DNA from: Octopus vulgaris
Taxonomy: Eukaryota
DNA: 64,000 nucleotides
Assembly (NCBI GenBank): GCA_951406725.2
Contig: OX597815.1
Location: 180,110,001 to 180,174,000, forward strand
Direction: 5' to 3'
Part shown: positions 40,407 to 52,369 of the stretch, piece by piece
Position numbering within the stretch: the stretch's first letter is position 1
How the letters are laid out: each line of letters begins with the position of its first letter
Program-made: the position numbers and the translations under genes
Notes under the pieces: generated by a model
Database searches by the model: none
What the model was told of the DNA's origin: nothing
What the model saw: only the letters and a program-made list of their open reading frames with translations

Positions 40407-40612
40407 TTGTGTGTCTGTGTTTGTCCCCCTAGCATTGCTTGACAACCGATGCTGGTGTGTTTACGTCCCCGTCACTTAGCAGTTCGGCAAAAAGAGACCA
40501 ATAGAATAAGTACTGGGCTTACAAAGAATAAGTCCCGGGGGTCGATTTGCTCGACTAAAGGCGGTGCTCCAGCATGGCCGCAGTCAAATGACTGAAACAA
40601 GTAAGCAAAGAG
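40215..40612 (+). mobile_element. SINE family A, full length, young
   Basis: Complete match. Confidence 0.9.
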
Positions 40613-41602
40613 AGTATAGCATTCAGCAGAGTGCATTTCGGTGCACAAAGTAACCAATGGAAACATGTAGCATTTCCTTCATGTGTGCATTATCTACTGA
40701 TAGCAACACCAGTCTGTTTTATTGTTGATTCACACACTGTGATGCAGCTGATTACAATGTAAATGGAAATGGGTTTTTATTTATTTATCGTTATTTTAAT
40801 AGTTTATTAACAATTCCATAAAATTCAAAACACAAATTTCATTTGACATATTCATTAATTTTAATCTTGTTTTGTGTGTGTTTTTTTTCTTTATTATTTT
40901 TCAAAATTGCTTCTGATACACTCTGCATTTGTTGATAATATTTTATCTATATTCATGAGCGAGAATAATTATTTTGCCATATCGAAATTAGACTTCTGGC
41001 CTCATGGATCCAAACACAATTTCTATTAATAAAAATATATTCTGTTAAGTAAATGTTACAAATGATTGCTGATAATAAAACAGTCTCATAAAAAAGGTGA
41101 TAATCAGAGACAAAAATCTACAAGGTCTACTCTAAATGCTATTTCAAAACTGTCATATTAAATTAAATTCCAAAAGAAACTCATAAACATTCAAACTTTT
41201 TCGGTGAATGTAAAAGGGAAATTGTTTCATTTGGCAAAATACATTTTTTTTTCCCCTTTCGGCAAATCTCACTTTCAAAACATGAATTGGGAAGGGTTTT
41301 TCTTTTTTTTTTTCTTTGGTCAAGTTTTTCAAAACAAGTTACTAGCAATCGAATAATAATATTCCTGTAATTTAATAAACTTATTTTAAATCCATATAAT
41401 CCACATTTTTATCATCATCATCATCATCATCATCAACATCATAATTTAATGTGCATTATCCATGCTGGCATGGGTTGCACAACACACACACATACACATG
41501 CATGCATCCATGCATGTACATACGCACACACACAGATGTATATATATATAGACACACATATATGTATAGACACACATATATGTATGCATATATGTATGTA
41601 TA

Positions 41603-41998
41603 CTCTTACTCTTTACTCTTTTACTTGTTTCAGTCATTTGACTGCGGCAATGCTGGAGCACCGCCTTTAGTCGAGCAAATCAACCCCGGGACTTATTCTT
41701 TGTAAGCCCAGTACTTATTCTATCAGTTTCTTTTACCGAACTGCTAAGTGACGGAGACGTAAACATACCAGCATCGGTTGTCAAGCAATGCTAGGGGGAC
41801 AAACACACACACACACACATATATATATACATACATAACAGGCTTCTTTCAGTTTCCATCTACCAAATTCACTCACAAGGCATTGGTCGGCCTGGGGCTA
41901 TAGCAGAAGACACTTACCCAAGATGCCATGCAGTGGGACAGAACCCGGAACCATGTAGTTGGTTAGCAAGCTACTTACCACACAGCCACTCCTGCACC
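41603..41998 (-). mobile_element. SINE family A, full length
   Basis: Complete match. Confidence 0.9.
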
Positions 41999-42011
41999 TA
42001 TATATATTTAT

Positions 42012-42400
42012 ATGTGGTAAGTAGCTTGCTTACCAACCACATGGCTCTGGGTTCAGTCCCACTGCATGGCACCTTGGGCTAATGTCTTCAACTATAGCCT
42101 CAGGCCAACCAAAGCCTTGTGAGTGGATTTGGTAGATGGAAACTGAAAGAAGCCTGTCGCATGTGTAAGTGTGTGTGTGCGTGTGTCGATGTTTGTGTGT
42201 CTCAATTTGTCCCCCAGCATCGCTTGACAATGGATGCTGGTGTGTTTACATCCCCCGTAACTTAGCAGTTCAGCAAAAGAAACAGATAGAATAAGTACTG
42301 GGCTTACAAAGAATAAGTCCTGGGGTCGATTTGCTCGACTAAAGAGGTTGTGCCCAGCATGGCCGCAGTCAAATGACTGAAACAAGTAAAAGAATAAAAG
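42012..42400 (+). mobile_element. SINE family A, near full length, head-to-head with the previous copy
   Basis: Complete apart from the first few nt. Confidence 0.9.
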
Positions 42401-42444
42401 AATATACTTGTGTGTGTGTGTGTGTGTGTGTGTATGTATATATG

Positions 42445-42494
<50 letters not shown>

Positions 42495-42794
42495 CACATA
42501 CATACATTCATACATACATACACATACAATCATACTTTGCCTTTCATCCTTCTCTTGTCTCTCTCATCTTTTCACATAGACCAGTGTCCTGGTTCTTGAA
42601 TACATCTAACAATAAGCACTGAGCCAGAAAGATTGCCAATTTGTTGTATCATTAAAGCATGAAACTATTAGCAGCTCTTTGGTAAACTGTGTATATTATA
42701 TATACATATATACATACAAACATGCATATATATATATGTATATGTGTGTGTGTATGTGTGTATATATTTTAATTTATATATATTATATATAGTT

Positions 42795-42882
<88 letters not shown>

Positions 42883-42914
42883 GGTATTACAGCTACAATT
42901 TCCATTGTAGCTGT

Positions 42915-43305
42915 GATACCAGTGCCAGTGGCACGTAAGTGAACTATCCGAATGTGGCCATTGCCAGCGCCGCCCCGACAGGCCTCTGTGCTGGTGGCAT
43001 GTAAAAAGCACCATCTGATCATGCCCGTTGCCAGCCTCGCCTTACCCCTGTGCCGGTGGCACGTAAAAAGCACCATTCAACCATGGCCGTTTTGCCAGCC
43101 CGTCTGGCACCTGTGCCGGTGTCACGTAAAAAGCACCCACTACACTCACGGAGTGGTTGGTGTTAGGAAAGGCATCCAGCCGTAGAAACATTGCCAGATC
43201 AGACTGGGCCTGGTGCAGCCTTCTGGCTTCCCAGACGCCAGTTGAACCGTCCAACCCATGCTAGCATGGAAAGCGGATGCTAAATGATGATGATGATGAT
43301 GATGA
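42915..43305 (+). mobile_element. Family C repeat with four internal ~60-bp subrepeats
   Basis: gtgccggtggcacgtaaaaagcacc-like unit occurs four times, followed by the family 3' end. Confidence 0.85.
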
Positions 43306-43426
43306 TTAATATTTCAAGTAGGCATAGGGAGGCCAACAGATCACCACATCTTATAGGAGAACCAAGTGTAAGCTAATGAAGTCCATTACATACCCTTTGT
43401 TTTTTCTGGTGTTATCTCTTTGTTCC

Positions 43427-43459
<33 letters not shown>

Positions 43460-43937
43460 GTATGTATATACTGATAAAATAACTAAACTACTAAGACATC
43501 CTGTGCCTACCTAACAAAGGGACATATATACACAAAGTTCAACATACATGCATAAAATCTAAGCAATAACAGAAACCCAAAATTAATCAATAAAAATTTC
43601 TCCAACACATCTCTTCATAACAATCCACCCAAAAACTGAATTACCACCTTTCTTAAATCCACACACCCAAGGAATACTTTAGTCCAACAGTGAATGTATA
43701 ATGCCAAGACTGATTCTAATGCATTGCAGTCTAACAATGGTTGGGACTTTTTAGTCACTGTCAACAAAATTCTTGCTTAAGAATAAACATGTATATATGT
43801 AAGACCTATCTTCCACAGCAGAACTGTAAAGACTATTCACTCTGGTGAAGAGGATTGGTGTGTACTGGTGCCACATAAAAAAAACACTTGTGTTGGTGTC
43901 ATGTAAGATCGCTTGCATCGGTGAGTACATACATAAA

Positions 43938-44410
43938 AACTTGGATATGTTTCGACCAAAGATTGGCCAGGCCATGTTTAACTTAATAGCACCACCTGAT
44001 AGGATTATCTAAATCCTGTTTAAGTCAAGTTTTGTTTATGGTCCATTCAAGTAGTGAGTTTTTGTTGGGTGAGTTGTATCCAATTATGGGTGGCTTATCT
44101 GGTATTCCTTGAAGGACTCTATCCAGACTCTGTTTAAAGTTGATGGGATCCTTTTCCTCTTTGATCTCTTTCGGGACAATGTTAAATAGGGCAGGGCCTG
44201 TTGAGGAAAAGAAATTATGTTGCTGTGATCTTGGATTGGGCAGGGGACGTATGGCCCGTGGTCCCAGTCTTGGATGAACCTTGAAGCTAATGTTCAGGTC
44301 GTTTGGGCAAAGTTGGCAGTATATTCTCTACATCGTACAAATGATGTACCACTCACGGCGACGCTGGAGAGAGTAGAGTTTCAAGGGTTTAAGGCGATCC
44401 CAATAATCAA
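43938..44410 (-). mobile_element. CR1-group LINE 3' fragment (second family)
   Basis: Minus: YWDRLKPLKLYSLQRRREWYII...FFSSTGPALFNIVPKEIKE...FKQSLDRVLQGIPDKP...NSLLEW. Confidence 0.8.
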
Positions 44411-44841
44411 GAGCAGCCGTGCCTTCAATTCGTTTAATGTTTTATGTGTATGTGTATGTGCATGTGTGTATACATGCTTGTGTGAGTGTGTATGTATGTA
44501 GACGCTATGAACACAGGAGGTTTATGTCTATATTTTGTGAGAATATGGTTGCGTGTAGTTTTTATTATCTATGTTTTTCTTTTTTTCTTTTTTCTACTTA
44601 TTAGAGTAACTTCCCTTTTATTCAACCATTTTTCATAGTGTCTATCGCCATTAATAGCTAACGAGAATGCATCATAGCTCTTCACACCGACATTTGAAAC
44701 TCTGAGTACTATAATGACAACTTTTTACTATTTGTTCTAAAATATAACATGTAAATAATCCTCTATTTTTCTAATGTCGAGGTTTTATTCTTTTCTTGTT
44801 ACATTTTATTATAATATAAATATTTATGATATATATATATA

Positions 44842-45140
44842 TTATTGAGATGTACTTGCATACCATGTGACCTGACCTGAGACGTGTGCTGGAACGAAAA
44901 CAATTGCAGTTTGGAAGGTGTTTATAAGCCATTTGAAATACACAATAACCATTAGATTCACTTCAGCATTTAAATTTAATTTGCCAAAATATTTTCGTGC
45001 AGCATAGAATTTTGTCAGCGAACAGGTCGCGGTCTCAAAGCAACGAAAATATTTTGGCAAATTAAATTTAAATGATGAAGTAAATCTAATGGTCTTTGTG
45101 TGTTTTAAATGGCTTATAAACACCTTCCACACTGCAATTG

Positions 45141-45142
<2 letters not shown>
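44842..45142. mobile_element. Fold-back Penelope-like element (~100-bp inverted arms) in (TA)n
   Basis: Arms 44899-44998 and 45043-45142 are near-perfect reverse complements. Confidence 0.75.
45011..45061 (+). ncRNA. Minimal type I hammerhead-like motif with variant core (G3:C8)
   Basis: tttgtca-GCGAACA-g-gtcgc(ggtctcaaa)gcaac-GAAA-atat-TT-tggcaaa: 7-bp stem I, 4/5-bp stem II, palindromic helix III AATATT. Confidence 0.5.
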
Positions 45143-45186
<44 letters not shown>

Positions 45187-45943
45187 GTAAACTTACTTGG
45201 AGAAGAGATTTTATGTTTTTGTTTCTCATTGTGTTCTACGTTTATTTGTGGTGTCCTGTACTCATATATGCATGTATATATACATATAGATGTAGGTATG
45301 TACATATATGTATGTATATATGCATATGTTTTATTTATTAAATTGTTATTATATATAAATGTATATCATTAGTATAATTCAAATGAAAGCCTTGTAATAT
45401 GCATTTAAGATCTTATTCGACAGGTTATATTCCAATACTAATCTGGCAAAATCATGAGCATACTGGACAAAATGGTTTGTGCCATTTCTTTTGGCTTTGT
45501 TTTCTACCTTCAAAAATCTCACCAATGTTAATTTTACTTTCCATCCTTCAGGATCGATGAAATAAATAAATGTTAATACTCTTCTGAGCCACAAAGTTCT
45601 CTAATGTCTGAATACAGTTTCAGCTTTCATTGTGTTAAGATGATAAAAACTCTTCCTGAATTGGATTGTTTGTGATATCACTGGTTAGCTTTCTATTGGT
45701 GAAACCGAATTAACAAACCAACAAAATCTTGTCAATTTATCTCTTATTTTTTATGTGCTTCAGTTATTAGACTGCGACCATGCTGGGGCACCACCTTCAA
45801 GAACTTTTAGCCAAATGAATCAACCCCCAGTACTTATTCTTTTTCAAGTTTTGTACTTATTCTATCAGTCTCTTTTGCTAGACTTCTAAGTAAAAGGGAG
45901 GGGGGGGACAAACACACATACATATGTATATATATATATATAC

Positions 45944-46646
45944 GTATATTTGCCATTTAAATATGGCTAACCCCTAAGGGTGGATGCTACTGTAGTTTGT
46001 AGCCCCAGGAGGACACCTCCTCCAGCTGGCTATAGACACACTTTCTTTGCCCTATCAGTATTTGCGAAGGGAAGCCACCCTTCCCATCTTCAACTTATGA
46101 TACACACGGACTTGAGTTTCTGGATATTGACCCATCATTGGCATGTGACAATCACAGTTGTCGATGAAAAGTAGGTTCCCTTCACAAATACATATCCTTT
46201 TTCCAGTATCGTACAGACACTGATATCGAAAAAGTGTAAACAAGCAATAATAAATCATAGAGCGAGTTATAGACAGTAGCTGCAACACATCGTGATGTAT
46301 ATTTGCCATTTAAATATGGCTAACCCCTAAGGATAGATGCTACTGTAGTTTGTAGCCCCTGGAGGACACCTCCTCCAGCTGGCTGGTGTCCTTCTGGGGC
46401 TACAAAAATGGTGGGTCAATACCCAGAAACTCGAATCCGTGTGTATCATAAGTTGAAGACGGGAAGGATGGCTTCCCTTCACAAACACTGATAGGGCACA
46501 GAAAATGTGTCTATAGCCAGCTGAAGGAGGTGTCCTCCAGGGGCTACAAACTACAGTAGCATCCACACATAGGGGTTAGCCATATTTAAATGGCAAATAT
46601 ACGTCACGATGTGTTGCAGCTACTGTCTATGACTCGCTCTATGATT

Positions 46647-46650
<4 letters not shown>
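45944..46650. mobile_element. Penelope-like/retrozyme-like element: ~353-bp unit in partial tandem plus an inverted copy
   Basis: atatttgccatttaaatatggctaacccc starts at 45946 and 46299. 46408-46650 is an inverted copy. An HHR motif lies inside the unit. Confidence 0.75.
46103..46147 (-). ncRNA. Minimal type I hammerhead motif (degenerate; second partial copy at 46408-46444 plus)
   Basis: Minus: cacatg-CCAATGA-tggg(tcaata)tcca-GAAA-ctcaag-TC-cgtgtg. The second copy gives stem II tgggt/accca and helix III actcga; combined helix III ACTCGAGT with GUC triplet. Confidence 0.6.
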
Positions 46651-46696
<46 letters not shown>

Positions 46697-47777
46697 ACAA
46701 AGGGCTTCTTTCAGTTTCCATCTACCAGATCTGCTCACAAGGCTTTGGTTGGCCTGAGGCTATAGAAGAAGAAACTCGCACAAGGTGCCATGCAGTGAGA
46801 GTGAACTACGAACCATATGGTTGGGAGCAAGCTTCTTATCACACAGCCACATACTTCCATTGCTTTCAGAAGGGCATCATGCCACTCATTCATCATCATT
46901 CTCATCATCTTCATTTAACATCTGCCTTCCATGCTGGCATGGGTGGGACAGTTTGACAAAAGCCAGTCAAGCATGAGCTTGTGATTGTTTTGGCAGGATT
47001 CTTACAGCTGGATGCCCTTCCTAACACCAACCACTCAGCAGAGTGAACTCAGTGCTTTTTGTGTGGCACAAGTGCAAGCAAGGTCAGTCATTATATTTAC
47101 TCAATCCTATAATACATCTTGTTACCAATTCTTGATGCTTCAAATACAACAGATTTTTACAAAGAAAATAACAAAATTGAAAGCTTGAATAAGATTTAAG
47201 GATATTTTACATATAAACAAATTTATTGTATGTAAGCAATTATATTTGGCATTTGTTGCAACTTTTTCAGCCATACATTTAGGTTTGCCAATTTTTATTT
47301 TTTCCTTTTCAGCATATTGATAATTTTAGGCATCACAGGGTCAGGGTTAAATGAAATTATTTGTTGAGAGTTAATCATTAACATTAACAAGATTCAGGCC
47401 ATTGACCACTTTTGCTGGTTGCCAAGTGTTCTATTGACTTAATCATTTATAGTATTCTTAAACATTAAAACTTATATTTAAAAAATGAATTGTATCATTT
47501 TGATTTATTACCAAATTTTTGGAAAGTGATAACCTGGAGGTTTATTCTTTTCTACTCTAGACACTAGGCCTGAAATTTTGCATTTTTTTTTACTTCCTTC
47601 TGTTTCTAAACTTGGTGTTAAATGGATTAAATGACAGATAAAATACTCCAGATAAAAATTCTGCTTAAGGTTTTTGTTTGGTTAATAATAATTTTCAAAA
47701 TGCAATTAATCTGACAAAGCTAAAACAAAAATAAAAAATTAAAATTTCGGTTGTTTGTATTCATTCGTTTTAGATAT

Positions 47778-48278
47778 ATTCTTTTCTACTCTAGGCACGA
47801 GGCCCGATATTTTGAGGGAGGGGGCCAGTCGATTAGATCAACCCCAGTATGCAACTGGTACCTAATTTATTGACCACAAAAGGATGAAAGGCAAAGTCAA
47901 CCTCAGTGGAATTTGGACTCAGAACATAAAGACAAATGAAATACTGCTAAGCATTTTACCTGGTGTGCTAAAATTTCTGCTAGCTCACCACCTTAGCCTG
48001 AAGGTTAATTCACACTAAGCAAATGCGTTGGGAAATCCTGTAAAGCTAAAAAGGCATTATGGCATTATTTGAAAATTTACAGGCACAATTTGTGGCGTTA
48101 GGAAGGGCAACCTGGCGTTAGGAAGGGCAACCTGGCGTTAGGAAGGGCATCCAGCTGTAGAAACACTGCCAGACCAGACTGGAGCCTGGTGCAGCCTTCT
48201 GGCTTCCCAGATCCCCGGTCGAACCATCCAACCCATGCTAGCATGGAGAACGGACTTAAACGATGATGATGATGATGA
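47778..48278. mobile_element. SINE B (47778-47993 minus) and family C 3' part with a 20-bp triplication (48091-48278 plus)
   Basis: Family matches; tggcgttaggaagggca occurs three times. Confidence 0.8.
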
Positions 48279-48535
48279 ATTTCTTACCAATGTGAGAAAA
48301 TGATCTTTTGATACCTCTTCTAATTTCAGGAAGATGCTCTTGAATAATTTTCAATTGCCATATTCTAAACTCACTTAAGTCTTGAACTCTGAACTAACAA
48401 TGGCTTCCTTTAACTGAAACCATGAGCTGCTCCTAAGGAAAGTACAACTTTACATTTCATCACTTGAGTTGATGAACGGAACATGAAGAAATAACTGAAC
48501 ACCACCTGTGAATATCAAACAGAAGATTTTATAAT

Positions 48536-48680
48536 TGTCTTTTACAGATAACAACAGCAGTAATGGTCTTTTACAGATAACAACAGCAGTAATGGTCTTT
48601 TACGGATAACAACAGCAATAATGGTCTTTTATGGATAACAACAACAATAATGGTTTTTTATGGATAACAACAGCAATAAT
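48536..48680. repeat. 29-bp minisatellite, 5 units (same unit as the large array)
   Basis: Unit ggtcttttayggataacaacagcartaat. Confidence 0.95.
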
Positions 48681-49139
48681 GGAGAGAGATATCACTTGGA
48701 ACTTACAGCAAGCTATTGATACTGCAACATGTGGCTTGCCCAACATAACTGGAAACAATTGTGCTGTGTTTGTGGTGATGATGATTCTTGGTCCTTTGTC
48801 CGAGCTGCGTGGACCAACCAATGTGGCAAGAATGGAGATACATGTCACACAGCTGCCTCAACATTCTGCAATTAATCACTGCCAAAAGGACATAAGAAGA
48901 AGAAGAAGATTCAAGAAGATTGAATCACATGATGGCTTGATGCTGATTGGATGCTTAATAGACCAATCACTTGAAAGTATTGTAGTTTTGTCATGATGTC
49001 TGACTGAGTATCCAGACACTTGGTTCTGGATCTCTGCTACAACATCTAGTTAGACATTTAAATAATACTGCCAAAGAACAAAACATGATACCAGTCATAT
49101 AATATAAACCATGAACATCTCAATCAATTAACCTATAAA

Positions 49140-49377
49140 ACGATTCGAGCGAGGTCATTGCCAGTACCGCCTGACTTACCCCATGCTGGTGGCACATAAA
49201 AAGCACCCACTACACTCTCGGAGTGGTTGGTGATAGGAAGGGCATCCAGCTGCAGAAACTCTGCCAGATCAAGATTGGAGCCTGGTGCGGCCGTCTGGTT
49301 CGGCAGTCCTAAATCAAAATTGCCCAACCCATGCTAGCATGGAAAGAGGACGTTAAACGACGACGATGATGATGATA
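49140..49377 (+). mobile_element. Family C repeat
   Basis: Family motifs and tail. Confidence 0.8.
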
Positions 49378-50379
49378 TTGGAAACATAATCTGTTGCAAC
49401 TTTTGCATAAAGGTTCTACTGTCATGCATTATACTTTTGTCAGCTGTTGCTTCTAAGAGATATTTACTTTCTTATTTTATTGTGTTAACTTCAATTCTAC
49501 AAATGGCTAATATATTTCAGATTGTTTTAAAGACAACATTGAACCAGCCACTAGAACAACAGTACAAGACTCCAGTTTTACTCACAGACTCCACAAAGTC
49601 ATATGTTGATGTCAATATGACTAAAATATTCATTGGATGTACCTAATTCTGATCTACGAAGAACACAAGAATAATAGAATTATATCAAGTGCTAGAGCTC
49701 TGTTGTGCTTTTGTATTAAGTCCTTTTGTATTAAGTCCTCTGTTTTTTATTTTTTTTTGTTTGTTTGCTTTCATGTATAAACCCCAAGAAGTGTGGTTCA
49801 TAACAGAATGTGAAATCTATGAACCATTGTAAAACAAAATCAATTCAATCAATATCAGATTACAGTGTATATTTGTAAAAAACCAAAGAATCCACAGAGG
49901 AGGTCAATTTCTTTTTATTCTCTCCAAGTTCCAACTCAGACAAAAGCCTTTAAATATCCTAAAATAAGACCAAGTAGCTGTCTCGAGAATGACCTATGAC
50001 AGGAATTTATAGGATGATATCATTGAAAGAGATGCTTCCAGCTTTAATCTTTTAGCTGATTTTTTTTATTTGTTTCTTTCTCCCCACCTTTTTTTTTTAA
50101 TCAATCTTCTTCCAGCTCAGAAGAACTGAATGCTTCTGGACATACATAAATTTGTATATATAATGTTGTGACTAATTGTCTATGACTTTGTGTTCTACCT
50201 AATCCCTTGGAGACTATGTTTGCAAGAATATATATATAAGAATTAATTGGCCTCAGTTTTAATTCATTATTAAAATAATCAAGGGTTTGGAAGAAATTTA
50301 GTTATAATGATTAATTTTCATTAGTTGGTTTTATTTCATTCATTGGTTGTTGTTGTTGTTGGTAGTAGTGCTGTTGCTG

Positions 50380-50741
50380 TTGCTGTTGAGCGAATGGTCT
50401 TCGTCCCAGAGCTCGCAAGATGGGAGAAGTCTGAAACATGGTCCTTTGCTATTCGTAAGACCCACAGAAGAGAAAGCAGGTCAACCCCCGACACCGAGAG
50501 CATCGATGGATGGATGAATGCGCATCCAGGCTCAGCGGTTGCGTAGGAAGTTGGGGACAAGAAACAGGAAAAAATAGTGAGAGAAAGTTGGAGTGAAAAA
50601 GTACACCACCCCCTGCCGGAGCCTCGTGGAGCTTTAGGTGTTTTCGCTCAATAAACACACACAACGCCTGGTCTGGGAATTGAAACTGCGATCCTCCGAC
50701 TGTGAATCCGCTGCCCTAACCACTGTGCCATTGCCCCTCCA
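50380..50741 (-). mobile_element. tRNA-derived SINE family E (body type 2, (CAA/CAG)n tail)
   Basis: The first ~170 nt match 5360-5536; the remainder is unrelated to that copy. Confidence 0.8.
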
Positions 50742-51107
50742 CTGCTGTTGTTGTTGTTGTTATCGGTGTTGATGGTGATGGTGGTATTGTTGCTATTGTC
50801 TTTTAGCCCCAGGTCAGCCCTGACCAAACAGACTTATGGTCAAAGGTTTCCAGCCATGCCGTCATATAGGATTTCAAATACTGCCTCGTCCTATAAGTCA
50901 TTCATTTTTCTATACATCTTGTATGTCATTTCTTTTTAAAGCCAATAGGATACAGTATGAAGGACATTTGGCTGTTATTTCAAGCAAGTAAAATGACCGC
51001 TAGTTCCTCATTCATTAAGCTGATAAGCTGGTGTGTGAAAAATAATTTGACAAAAGGTTCTCATGCAAATTTATAATGGATCAGTTGTGAAACAGAAATT
51101 GTGTGAC

Positions 51108-51240
51108 CCAACCACATGGTTCTGGGTTCAGTCCCACTGCATAGCACTTTAGGTAAGTATCTGCTACTGTAGCCTCAAGCCAACAAAAGCCTTGGGAGTG
51201 GATTTGGTAGGTGGAAACTGAAAGAAGCTAGTTTTGTGTA

Positions 51241-51271
<31 letters not shown>

Positions 51272-51485
51272 GTCCTTGTGTCTGTGTTTGTCCCCTACCA
51301 CTGCTTGGCAACTGGTGTTGTGTTTACATCCTTATAACTTAGCTGTTTGACAAAAAAAAACTGATAAAATACATAACAGATTTTTAAAAAAAAGCAAGTT
51401 CTGGGTTCAATTCATTCAACAAAAAATTCTTCAAGGCAGTGCCCCAGCATGGCCACAGTTTAATAACTGAAACCAGTAAAAGAGA
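51108..51485 (+). mobile_element. SINE family A, older copy
   Basis: Family match. Confidence 0.75.
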
Positions 51486-51670
51486 TAGAAGATGCTGTTT
51501 TTGATGAAAAGATTGGATTGAAGAATGAGTTGTGCTGCAAAAAATAGCATTTTATCAACATTAACCATAACATATTTGAAGGAAGGTTTATTTCCATTGT
51601 TCATGTGATAGCTTTAATTTCACTTCCAAGAAAATACTTCATTCAGTATTTATAATATTCGTTTCAAATA

Positions 51671-51895
51671 GGGCAGTGGGCTGGCAGAATCATTAGCACG
51701 CTGGGCGAAATGCATAGCAGTGTTTCTTCTGCCGTAACGTTCTGAGTTCAAATTCCACCAAGGTCGAATACTCCGGAAGGTGCTCAAAAAATAAGAGGTG
51801 TTATCTTAGTTCCTTGGTAGTGAACAGCTGACACCATGGTACATCTCCAGTGTTAGAAGCTGTGAAAAGGCAATGATAATAATAATAATAATAAT
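51671..51895 (+). mobile_element. SINE B head (51671-51767) fused to an R4/Dong-like retroelement 3' end with (TAA)n tail
   Basis: cga ata ctc cgg aag gtg ctc aaa aaa taa = RILRKVLKK*, resembling the GTARILRKVL C-terminus of R4/Dong-type elements. Followed by a short UTR and (TAA)n. Confidence 0.5.
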
Positions 51896-52110
51896 CTTTT
51901 CTACTCTAGGAACAAGGCCTGAAATTTTTGGGGAAGGTGCCAGTCAATTAGATCAACCCCAGTACACAACTGGTATTTAATTTATCAACCCCTGAAAGAA
52001 TGAATGGCAAAGTCGACCTCAGTGGAATTTGAACTCAGAATGTAAAGATTGACGAAATACTGCTAAGCATTTTGCCTGGCTTGCTAACGTTTCTGCTAGC
52101 TTGCTGCCTT
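51896..52110 (-). mobile_element. SINE B, full length
   Basis: Family match. Confidence 0.8.
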
Positions 52111-52369
52111 AGCTCTGTATTTATAATATTTGAATACAATATTTAAGGTTTCATTTAAAGTTGAATGGGTTTTTCTGTTCATTATCTCATTGAAGGAGAA
52201 GGTAATGAGAGTTGATACATATAGTGGGGTGAGGTGGGCCAGAAGTATTGGGTCAGTAATATCATTCAAATGGCCGAGGGGCCTTGCTGGAAGGAGAAGA
52301 GTAAGGGAGGTCATGTGAGTGGAAGGCCGACTAGCATGGGCCTCTTTTGCCTTAGGGCTGTCACTGGGG

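Larger units (their letters stand above)
45760..46850 (-). mobile_element. SINE A split into 3' (45760-45945) and 5' (46690-46850) parts by an insertion into its central (TA)n
   Basis: The two halves are collinear on the minus strand. Confidence 0.7.

Noticed and set aside
48330-49000. Possible pseudogene or Cys-rich peptide (MWLAQHNWKQLCCVCGDDDSW...) around the small minisatellite
   Set aside because: Multiple stops, no signal peptide and no recognisable family; cannot be supported without a search.
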